This document shows, one piece after another, positions 1 through 8,428 of a stretch of 64,000 nt of DNA. A program made the translations under genes and the position numbers. The DNA is from Candidatus Aenigmatarchaeota archaeon (lineage in GTDB: Archaea; Aenigmatarchaeota; Aenigmatarchaeia; GW2011-AR5), in assembly GCA_016187335.1 (NCBI GenBank), contig JACPJW010000001.1:1-64000 (forward strand), given 5' to 3'. Position 1 is the stretch's first letter. Each line of letters starts with the position of its first letter. Under the pieces are notes generated by a model. It ran no database searches, was not told the DNA's origin, and saw only the letters and a list, made by a program, of their open reading frames with translations.

Positions 1-86
1 AAACAGCGAATCTTATCTTTGCCTGATTCAAAACAGCTTGCATAGCGATCGGAAACCTAGTTTATTTTTTATTTAGTTTATTTAAA

Positions 87-3000
87 TCAGCCGAAGTATT
101 GGTTGTAGCCTATCTCTATCATGTAATTGGAGCTTGTATTCCTGCCGACCGGGCCTCTCCCCACGGTTGTTTCTGTGTTGTAGTTTGCGCTCGAGTTTTT
201 CGACGAGCCGTGGCCGATGCCGATTTTCTTCCTCGGCACTATGTAATTCGCGGATATCTCCCTCCACGTTCCGCTGTCGCATTTTTCATTTTTATTGTCG
301 TCGTTCACGTCGCCTACAAAGCTGTCAGGGTAGCATGTTTTCCCGTAAACGCAGCTTTCGTTCCTTGAGCAGCACGCGGAGCCGATTTCATCGCCGGCGG
401 AGCACGAGCCGCCCGTGCAGTATACGTAGCCTATCGGGAATTCGTTCGCGTCGTCCCCGCAGCACGTTGTCACGGATGTTTCGCCGCCTATGCCCCACTT
501 CTTGCCTGCGCATGACGTGCAGGCTGTTTGGCTCTGGTCGGGCTCGTAAGTCTGCGAACAGTACGTGCATGTGTTTGTGTTTGTCTGGACGTAATAATCG
601 CGCTGCTCAAGGTTGCTTAAGGAACATATGTTCGTGTCCTGCGAATCGCAGTCCTTCGTGTCCGTTGCCTCGTAGGCAGCCGCGCCTGCGGATGTGCAGT
701 AGTAATCCCTGTACTGCGACGGAGGGTCGTCCAGAACCCCGCAGCCCGCGTCGCCGCCGCCGTACCATCCGTCGTCCGCCGGCTTCGAGGAGCAGCAGCG
801 CTTCGCATTGCTCGCGGAGCCGTGGCAATAGCTTGTCGTGCATTCGCCGTTTGCATTGCACAATTCGCCCGGCGATTTCTTCGGAGGAAGGTCATCGACG
901 GGATTCACCGTTACCCTGAAGGTGTCGCTGCTGGTTCCCCCGTCGGTGTCGCTCGTTCTCACCGTGACGTCGGAATATCCGTATTGGTCCTGCGCCGGGG
1001 TTCCGCAGTCAACATACCTGTTTGAAACGATGGAACAGTCAATCAATGCCGCATTTGTTTCAGAAATTATCGTATACGTCATGGAAGAATCCCCGTCCTC
1101 TGCATCACTGGCATAATTGTGCAGGTCTATCCAGTTGTCCGGAGGCGTCGTATCCTCGTCCGTGCTTTTGTCGGGTATCCCGGATATCGAGGGATTGTTG
1201 TTTGAAACCGTTATGGCATCGTTCTGCGTGGTCCAGGAAGATTCCCCTGCGTCGGTATCCGTAAACATGCCCCTTATATCCCACGTTCCCAGCTGGGAAT
1301 CGGCCGTGGTGGTTGTGACCGTGCAATACCACCTGTGGTTCGCCGCGTCCCAGGATTCTGCGCAGTCGTTCCATCCGGTGTTTCCCGGCAGCTGGTACTG
1401 GATTCTCTGCGTTAAAGAGGACTCCGAGTCTTCCGTATCGGAGCCGTGCATGTATATCATGAAACCCTGGATTCTGTACAGGGACGCTGCTGACTTGTCC
1501 AGGCTGGCGACCGCAGGATTGTTGTTCAGGACCGTCACCGTGTTGAAATCATAAGTCCATCCGGATTCTTCCATGCCGTCGCCGGCTTTTGCCCGGAAGC
1601 TCCACGTCCCGAGCTGGTTGTCGCTGGCTGTTGTCGTGATATCGCAGTACCACCTGTGGTTGCCGGAATCCCAGAGCTCGGTGCAGCCGTTCCACACAGT
1701 GTTAGCAGGCATCTGGTATTCTATCGTGGACGTCAGGCTGCCTTCAGGTGTTTCAACATCGCTGTAGTGGGCGTAGACCCTGAACGTCAACGTCCTGTAG
1801 ATGACCGTCGGCGTCTGGTCCAGGCTCGTGACGGTTGGGGCGTTGTTATTGTCGATTCCGTGGTCCCAGAAAATGGAGTTCATTTCCTTCCTATATCCGT
1901 AGTTATGCCCGGCGTCAAACCAGCCGTTCCAGAAAGCATGAATATCGCCAGGCCTGTGGTCCCGCATGACATTCCAAAGTTTGACATACTGTTTGGGAAC
2001 TCCGTCGTCATCCGAGCCTGGTGCACTGTCTTCAGAGGATGTGTCATCAGTTATATCCCATAAAGTAGCTGCTACAGCGCCTTCCACTATATCCCCATCC
2101 ATGTTACCATAACTCACCCAATCCTCAAAAGAGTCAGACTCTAGATCATATACATCCCGATAAGATGCGCTGTTTTGAACCGCAGAAGGTATAAACTCCG
2201 CCCAGCCTTCTATCAAAGCAAATCCGCCATCACTTTCCGTGCCGATATTATGTTTACCGAAATAATTTGTTGGGGGAGTGTTATTCCTGTACAATTTCCA
2301 CATTACAGCATGCCCGTATTCATGCTGAACCGCATCCTCATCCCATTCATCGTCATTTGAAATATTTATGTAGTAATTACCATAAAAGGCTGTACCATTA
2401 TTAGGCCAGAAAATATCTATCTTAGGCTGGTTCCATCGGTCGTTTGTCGTTCCATCTCCATCAAGGTCATTAGCGTTGTCGTAAACATTGCTTTCAAGAA
2501 AATTATACGCTTGCACAATCGAATTAAATATGTTATAAGCTCCTTGTTTGCCATTGGCAACTGTATCGCTAACTGGAAGAGGACCGTTTTTTACGTCCCA
2601 CTGAGGGGTTGTAGAGTAAGTATAAACGGTATCAGAAAAAATGCCTGGTTCTTTAACGCTTGAAACAGAAGCGTTTTCCGCATAAACTTTTACGTAAATA
2701 TCAAGAGTTCCAAACTCGCCAAAACGTGTTTCCTGATTATTTACAGGAGGGAAACTGTAAAGTCCATTCCCGTCTGTATAAGTTTCGCCTAAATAGTCAT
2801 CAGCAAAAATATTTTTATTGTAAAACTCAACTTTTGCGTGTCTTATAGGTTGCTGACCGCCGCTATCATTTCTGTAATGCAGATAACCACTAACCGTCAC
2901 AGTTCCGACAATGCCTGAAAACGATTCGGACCTTTCATTGTTGCCTTCGTTAGATTCAGTGATAGCGGAATCCGTATCCACAACAACTTTAACTATATGC

Positions 3001-3920
3001 TGGTTTGTATCCGAGGGCCATGTCATAGGCCAATAATACGCTGCAGTAGAACCTACTGCCAAGCCGCTCGTGTCAGCATATGCTTTATAAACACCATCGA
3101 AATAAAATTTGGTCCTGAATGTCCCTGCTGCATTGCCGGAACCTTGGTTCTTGATCCTCCAAGTTATATTGCTTGATTTCCCAAAAAGCGGCGGACTTGG
3201 ATCAACCCATATGTCTTCTACTATCAGATCTGGTTGCAACGGCGTAAAACGATAATTTACAGATGGCCAGCTTGAAGTTGTGCCATCGTTTTTAGGGCCC
3301 CCAACGCCGGCGGTGCCGTCGGAATTTTCAATGCCAATTGTCGCTGTGGGAATATAATCAAGGTAGCTGCCGTCATAGTATCGAAATTCGATAACATTTG
3401 TCGTTTCATAGAGTTTTACCTGAAAATACAGCCAAGTTCCTTTGTTGTCATAATATCCGGAAACCGAGTAATATTCTACGGTAAAGACCCTGCTGCCTGC
3501 GCTTCCCGAGGTTTTATACTGGACTTTATCCGGAACTGCCCCCTGATTTCGCACTATAATGTCATCCCACCAGGGAGCCAGATAATTATCCGGATCAGCG
3601 GTACTCGGAATAGGGTCGTTTGATGCATCTGTTCCAGCAGCAGAACCCGGGCTTTGGCTTGTATCGTATAAAGTTATGTAGCCGTTGGTAGAAACCCTGA
3701 CTGTATTGTAGTTTTTTCCGTAATAATTAAAGGTAAAACCAATGGAAACATCCGTGTAAGTATCGTCATAAGTGCCGGCTGCGCCGTTCCAGATAACAGT
3801 AGGGCTGCTTAACTCAACATATGTTGAAGAAAAAGTGGTTTTCGTATATGATTGTGCATTGGCTGCGGATGGAAAAATAAGCAGCGTTAAAAAAACAGCG
3901 AAAAGTGTCTTTGGGAACAT
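87..3920 (-). CDS. Large secreted multidomain surface protein with putative Zn-metalloprotease, CARDB, Ig/cadherin-like repeats and a Cys-rich region
   Basis: Signal peptide from MFPKT (ATG 3920 preferred over 3968); CARDB-like PDLIVEDI...ESNEGNN; HEYGH plus downstream EGWAEF; two ~105-aa tandem repeats ending NNNP; Cys-rich C-terminal third. Confidence 0.8.
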   Translation of the reverse strand: MFPKTLFAVFLTLLIFPSAANAQSYTKTTFSSTYVELSSPTVIWNGAAGTYDDTYTDVSIGFTFNYYGKNYNTVRVSTNGYITLYDTSQSPGSAAGTDASNDPIPSTADPDNYLAPWWDDIIVRNQGAVPDKVQYKTSGSAGSRVFTVEYYSVSGYYDNKGTWLYFQVKLYETTNVIEFRYYDGSYLDYIPTATIGIENSDGTAGVGGPKNDGTTSSWPSVNYRFTPLQPDLIVEDIWVDPSPPLFGKSSNITWRIKNQGSGNAAGTFRTKFYFDGVYKAYADTSGLAVGSTAAYYWPMTWPSDTNQHIVKVVVDTDSAITESNEGNNERSESFSGIVGTVTVSGYLHYRNDSGGQQPIRHAKVEFYNKNIFADDYLGETYTDGNGLYSFPPVNNQETRFGEFGTLDIYVKVYAENASVSSVKEPGIFSDTVYTYSTTPQWDVKNGPLPVSDTVANGKQGAYNIFNSIVQAYNFLESNVYDNANDLDGDGTTNDRWNQPKIDIFWPNNGTAFYGNYYINISNDDEWDEDAVQHEYGHAVMWKLYRNNTPPTNYFGKHNIGTESDGGFALIEGWAEFIPSAVQNSASYRDVYDLESDSFEDWVSYGNMDGDIVEGAVAATLWDITDDTSSEDSAPGSDDDGVPKQYVKLWNVMRDHRPGDIHAFWNGWFDAGHNYGYRKEMNSIFWDHGIDNNNAPTVTSLDQTPTVIYRTLTFRVYAHYSDVETPEGSLTSTIEYQMPANTVWNGCTELWDSGNHRWYCDITTTASDNQLGTWSFRAKAGDGMEESGWTYDFNTVTVLNNNPAVASLDKSAASLYRIQGFMIYMHGSDTEDSESSLTQRIQYQLPGNTGWNDCAESWDAANHRWYCTVTTTTADSQLGTWDIRGMFTDTDAGESSWTTQNDAITVSNNNPSISGIPDKSTDEDTTPPDNWIDLHNYASDAEDGDSSMTYTIISETNAALIDCSIVSNRYVDCGTPAQDQYGYSDVTVRTSDTDGGTSSDTFRVTVNPVDDLPPKKSPGELCNANGECTTSYCHGSASNAKRCCSSKPADDGWYGGGDAGCGVLDDPPSQYRDYYCTSAGAAAYEATDTKDCDSQDTNICSLSNLEQRDYYVQTNTNTCTYCSQTYEPDQSQTACTSCAGKKWGIGGETSVTTCCGDDANEFPIGYVYCTGGSCSAGDEIGSACCSRNESCVYGKTCYPDSFVGDVNDDNKNEKCDSGTWREISANYIVPRKKIGIGHGSSKNSSANYNTETTVGRGPVGRNTSSNYMIEIGYNQYFG

Positions 3921-3988
3921 TGATTTTTCAGTTATATTTCTTTGAGAATCTATGCACAATGACCTCACCCAAAAAATACCGACAACAG

Positions 3989-4999
3989 TTATTCAGGAAC
4001 CTTTAGTGCCTCTCCAGGCACCGCTGGGGAAAGCGGAAGCGGCTTCTCGCTCACCAGCGCTGTATCGTTGAATACCCTAATGTATAGAATGCCCCCCTTG
4101 CCGTAACGTTTGAATGCATTCTCACCTTTTGGTATCGCATCCATCCATCCCCACTCAGCACCGTATGTTTCAGGCCGTTCTTTAAGCGGCAGCATTATGA
4201 TGTCCCAGTCGCCGATTTTAACCGCTTTTATCTTTGCCTTCATCTGGACCTGTTTGGTTGCCGAAAGGTCGCCGTCCCAGACAAGGTCTCCTTCAACCAG
4301 CTCGAAGCCGTCCGGCAGGAAAATTGTTATCGTCGTATTTTTAGGATTAAAGTGCAAGGCAATTGGATCATATTCATTTACATACGAAACTACTGTGGCA
4401 TTAAGTTCCACTGTATTATTTAAGAAAGGTGTTCCGGAAAGCGCCAGATTCAGGTCAAGTGGCCGGTATGCTTCTTTTGGCGGTTCTTGTGCCTGTGGTG
4501 CTAGAGTGAAAGGGTCTGTTGTGACTGTCGCGGAATTTTCCCCAACAGTAACGTACAAATACAAATTTTCCTGAGCATGACCCCCATAAGGACCGAAAAT
4601 TTTAGCAACAGCTTCGATAGTCCAATCTCCGGTTTTAACTGCCTTGATAGTCGCATTCAGTGTTATAACCTCGCCCCTTTCCATTTCACCACTCCATGAC
4701 AAATTCCCTGCAACAAGTTCGAATCCTTCGGGCAGCAGAATCTTTACAGTCCCATTTACTGGTCTTTTAGGTGCTATTTCAGCTTGAACTGTAAAGGAGA
4801 TTCCGACTGGTTTATTTAGAGAAGGCGACTCAAACAATACCAATTCTTTTTGAAAAATTTGCTCTATGCCTGCGGGTGTTGACGCCACGTATGGGCCGGA
4901 CCCACCTTTCCCTGCACACCCCAGCACCAAAACGACAAGAAGCAGCAAGCTGAATATGAGAAATCCAATTCTGTATTTTTTCAATTTATGATTATTCAT
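3989..4999 (-). CDS. Putative lipoprotein with two copies of a ~110-aa beta-rich domain
   Basis: Lipobox-like VLVLGC; repeated LPEGFELVxGxLxWxG...IKAVKxGDW motif. Confidence 0.75.
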   Translation of the reverse strand: MNNHKLKKYRIGFLIFSLLLLVVLVLGCAGKGGSGPYVASTPAGIEQIFQKELVLFESPSLNKPVGISFTVQAEIAPKRPVNGTVKILLPEGFELVAGNLSWSGEMERGEVITLNATIKAVKTGDWTIEAVAKIFGPYGGHAQENLYLYVTVGENSATVTTDPFTLAPQAQEPPKEAYRPLDLNLALSGTPFLNNTVELNATVVSYVNEYDPIALHFNPKNTTITIFLPDGFELVEGDLVWDGDLSATKQVQMKAKIKAVKIGDWDIIMLPLKERPETYGAEWGWMDAIPKGENAFKRYGKGGILYIRVFNDTALVSEKPLPLSPAVPGEALKVPE

Positions 5000-5142
5000 T
5001 TCCTTTCCTCTGTAATAATTATTTAGCCCAACAACCTTTTAAGTGCTGTTTTGTGCCTTCTCGGATTCGGCATCCTTTCAGCCTCTTTCTGGGGAAAATC
5101 AAAAAATGTATAGTCAGTTTCGCTGCGTTCTAAGGTATTAGG

Positions 5143-6135
5143 TTAGGCAGGAAACGGGATTTCGCTCACCGAAGCGGTGTCGCTGGAAACCCTGACATGC
5201 AAGCAGCCGCCTACAGTGTAGCCGTCCCGTGAACCGTTTTCCGTCATTCTGACAGTTGTGTCAAGACCGGGGCAGGTTACATCAAACGGGGGCTCATTTA
5301 TCGGCAGCGCTACAATCTTCCACTCCCCGGTTTTCACGGCCTTTATTTTAATTTTGAATTCTGCCTGCTTGTCTTTCGGCAGGCGCTCGAATAGCACGAC
5401 ATCCATCGGGCTTCTTCCTTTGGATATAACTTCTCTGGATAATGTCTCGTCGTCTGCTCGGATGAGTTCCCTCGGAACTGCCGGAAGATTTCCAGTCCAT
5501 GACGTATTCCCTTCAACCAACTTGAACCCTTCCGGCAGGAAAATATTCATATTGGCATCCGGTTGCTCTACAAGGGACGCTACACTTGCTGTTAGCTCCA
5601 CTGTATTGTTCAGGTAAGGGGTTCCTGAAATGGCAAGCTTGATGACATAAGGACGGGACGGGACTTCAGGCTTTCGTGCTTTTGGGAAGGGATTCTTGCT
5701 CATCTGCGTGCCGCTCTCTGAAATTAAAAGGACAATCTGGTCGCTGTAGCCTCCGGCAGGCCTTCCGTATACAAACCATTCGCCTGTTTTCACGGCTTTG
5801 ACTAAAGCCTTGAACTGCACTGTCTGGTTCGGCAGAAGGTCGCCTTCCCATGAGAGGTTTCCGCTCACGTATTCCAGCCCTTCAGGAAGGACTATTTCTC
5901 CAGAGAAGTTCGAGAAAGTGTATCTATATAGCGAGGTCATGGTGAACGTTAACTCTGCTGTCTCGCCGAGGGCAGGAGCCCTGGAGATGTCAAGGCCGAC
6001 TGAGATTGGCACTCTTGGAGCCCCTCCGCCTGTCGGTTTTTGCACGCACCCGGAGGCAAAAATTGAAATCAGTATTAAAACAGCAATCAAAATAGAAAAT
6101 CCGGTTTTCCGGTTTTTCAACGTATTTTTCTTCAT
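5143..6135 (-). CDS. Putative lipoprotein, paralog of 3989-4999 (two domain copies)
   Basis: IFASGC lipobox-like; LPEGxxxVxGNxSWxG...KAVKTGEW twice. Confidence 0.75.
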   Translation of the reverse strand: MKKNTLKNRKTGFSILIAVLILISIFASGCVQKPTGGGAPRVPISVGLDISRAPALGETAELTFTMTSLYRYTFSNFSGEIVLPEGLEYVSGNLSWEGDLLPNQTVQFKALVKAVKTGEWFVYGRPAGGYSDQIVLLISESGTQMSKNPFPKARKPEVPSRPYVIKLAISGTPYLNNTVELTASVASLVEQPDANMNIFLPEGFKLVEGNTSWTGNLPAVPRELIRADDETLSREVISKGRSPMDVVLFERLPKDKQAEFKIKIKAVKTGEWKIVALPINEPPFDVTCPGLDTTVRMTENGSRDGYTVGGCLHVRVSSDTASVSEIPFPA

Positions 6136-6136
6136 A

Positions 6137-6700
6137 TCATTGACCTAATTCGTATGTTAAGTTCGAATCCGGAGGAAGTTCCCCAACCATCGTTCTATTG
6201 CTGCGGGAATAATCCTGCAGTGGTGATTTGCTCACAGTTGCCGTTGTTTCCGATACATTTATGAAAAGCATGCTTCGTTTTCCAAAACCGAATCTCATAC
6301 TTTTTGCATATGCTTCAATAGCCCAATACCCCGCCTCAACTGCTTTCACCGTGCTTCTGATCTGAATCGTTTCATTCTTTGCAATATCTCCGTTCCAAGA
6401 CAGATTTCCGCTTATTAATGAAAATCCTTCAGGCAACATAACCTGAATAAGGGTGTTTGGAGCGTCGGTAAGTGGTGTTACAGTAAAAGTGAGCTCAACA
6501 GGCTGATTTAATGAAGGCGTTCCTGTTAGAGACAAATTTACATACATTGGAGCGGAGGGTTTCACTCCAAGTTGTGCTTCGAGTTCTTCACTTTCCTGGA
6601 GCTGTGTCTTCTCTAACCATCCCAACACCAAAACGACAAGAAGCAGCAAGCTGAATATCAAAATTATGCTCTTGCGATTCCACATTTTATGATTATTCAT
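6137..6700 (-). CDS. Membrane-anchored single-domain paralog of the same family
   Basis: LPEGFSLISGNLSWNG...VKAVEAGYW; N-terminus nearly identical to 3989-4999 but Trp in place of the lipobox Cys. Confidence 0.7.
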   Translation of the reverse strand: MNNHKMWNRKSIILIFSLLLLVVLVLGWLEKTQLQESEELEAQLGVKPSAPMYVNLSLTGTPSLNQPVELTFTVTPLTDAPNTLIQVMLPEGFSLISGNLSWNGDIAKNETIQIRSTVKAVEAGYWAIEAYAKSMRFGFGKRSMLFINVSETTATVSKSPLQDYSRSNRTMVGELPPDSNLTYELGQ

Positions 6701-6877
6701 TTCCTTCGTGCAAACTTATCCGGCAAATAACTAACCTGAAGGGTGCGGGCTGCCTGCAGAATTAACATAGACATAAGCGTTGGCTGAAACGCCAATATCA
6801 TTCTTTTATCTCCTGTTTGGAAGTTTTCTTTAGTCAGGTTCAAACAAGAAGCTCCTCTTGGCTGTTCAGGATGCCGG

Positions 6878-8107
6878 TCAGCCGCATGTGCATGTTCCGT
6901 CCGATGCGACCCCGGAGGAGCATGTCCCGAAATTGCCGCCCGATTTGACGCATATTACCTTCCCGGTTCCGTCTCCCGAGACGCCGTCCGCTCTGATTTC
7001 GCCTGCAACGTCAAGCATGGCGTCGGGCGTCGTGTCGCCGATACCTACATTACCGTTCTTGTCTATCCGCACGGCACTCACAGATCCAGCTCCGCCAGTA
7101 GTTCCATTATGCACGTTGATCTGGAGCTCGCCTTCATCCCCATCCGAACCCGGTTGGATTGCCAGTAATGAGACCGAGCGGAACAGAGTCGCGGCATCGC
7201 TATTCAGGTTGTTAAAAACGAGAAAGCCGAATGGATCTCCAGCCCCGCCCGGAGTTCCAGCAACGTTGAAGCTCGCCCTTGAAGAGCCGCCGTGCATCAC
7301 GAAGACGTTCTTGTCATTGGTAATGGCTGTGGGGTCATTCGTCCCGACAGCCAGTATGGAGTTGGCGTCGTCCCAATAGAACTTCGTGATGTTCTGCCTA
7401 AAAATCCCGTTTGCTCCTGAAAAAATGACTGAACCTGACGTGAATGTGGGATTCTGGATTGTTGATGCATTTAGGAATGTCGTAGCGTTGATACCCCCGC
7501 CGTGCACTATCACATTCGCGTTCTGGAAATCCACGTAAGTCCCGCTGCTCGCGTCCCCTATCCTGTTCACCTCGCCGCCCGTGCTGCGGAATTTCGTGGG
7601 GCCGCTTACAAGCTCGCTGTTAACGTAAATGCACATCCAGTAGTCGCGGTTGAAGTCCAGCCACAGTGTATCGCCTTCGCCAAGCGTGAGCGAGAACGTG
7701 CCGGAAGATATCGAGCTGCTGAACGTCTCGTCGTAGATGACGCCGGCGGTGCACGATGTCGCGTTGCTGACCTTGATCCTGACGGACCCGCTCGACAGCG
7801 CAGTGCCGTCCGTCTTGTTCGTCGCCTTGCCCTGCACGGACATAGTTGTCGGCTGGGAGTGATGCTCAAGCAGGTCTCCTTGCAGGGCAGAAGATATTCC
7901 CAACTGGGAGTTTTGAAGAGACTGGGCAAACCCGGCGTTTATCCGGCCTGGTGCAGAAGAATCCTTCGCCTCTGTCTGCAGCTGGTATTTAGTATCTTCA
8001 TGTTCGGCATTGTCGTATTGCGAATCACTGAGAACGAGAGCAGCGGTAAAAACATAGACCGTAAGCATAAATACGGTTTTCAGAATAATTGAGCGCCCTT
8101 TGTTCAT
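6878..8107 (-). CDS. Secreted fibre-like surface protein
   Basis: N-terminal hydrophobic segment from MNKGRS (ATG 8107); GNVGIGDTTPDAMLDVAG motif typical of beta-fibre/tail-fibre-like proteins; C-terminal Cys knot CVKSGGNFGTC...CTCG. Confidence 0.6.
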   Translation of the reverse strand: MNKGRSIILKTVFMLTVYVFTAALVLSDSQYDNAEHEDTKYQLQTEAKDSSAPGRINAGFAQSLQNSQLGISSALQGDLLEHHSQPTTMSVQGKATNKTDGTALSSGSVRIKVSNATSCTAGVIYDETFSSSISSGTFSLTLGEGDTLWLDFNRDYWMCIYVNSELVSGPTKFRSTGGEVNRIGDASSGTYVDFQNANVIVHGGGINATTFLNASTIQNPTFTSGSVIFSGANGIFRQNITKFYWDDANSILAVGTNDPTAITNDKNVFVMHGGSSRASFNVAGTPGGAGDPFGFLVFNNLNSDAATLFRSVSLLAIQPGSDGDEGELQINVHNGTTGGAGSVSAVRIDKNGNVGIGDTTPDAMLDVAGEIRADGVSGDGTGKVICVKSGGNFGTCSSGVASDGTCTCG

Positions 8108-8231
8108 GCTTGCGCGCCCGGCCTTACGTCGCAGTCCCATTAGTTTTAACAGACGCTAATAAACTTCTTAAAGTAATTCATCTGGAAAATTTCTACTTTC
8201 ATGTAGTCAAACGGGGCAGAGGAAGGTAAAC

Positions 8232-8428
8232 CAAAACCGTTTTGATGCTCAGAAAGCAAAGCTTTCCTTTCTGGCATTGCCAAAATCCCTTGGATTTTGC
8301 GCAATGAAACTTTTCTGATTCCGTTTCCTTGAAGAACGAAGTTCTTCGAGGTCCCAAAGAATCTTCGATTCTTTGAGATGATGAAACTTTTCTGATTCCG
8401 TTTTGATGAAACTTTTCTGAAAAGTTTC
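8232..8428. repeat. Cluster of six short palindromes with 3-nt loops, including copy A of the dispersed element
   Basis: Stems at 8232-8244, 8252-8266, 8281-8299, 8331-8347, 8355-8375, 8408-8428; 23-nt direct repeat ATGAAACTTTTCTGATTCCGTTT at 8304-8326 and 8381-8403. Confidence 0.9.

Noticed and set aside
6697-6801. 34-aa ORF or leader RNA upstream of 6137-6700
   Set aside because: An AGGAGA SD-like sequence and a small hairpin are present, but no recognisable riboswitch or peptide features; insufficient support.
8232-8428. Possible CRISPR array
   Set aside because: Repeats are irregular in length and spacing, spacers are themselves palindromes, and no cas genes are in the window.
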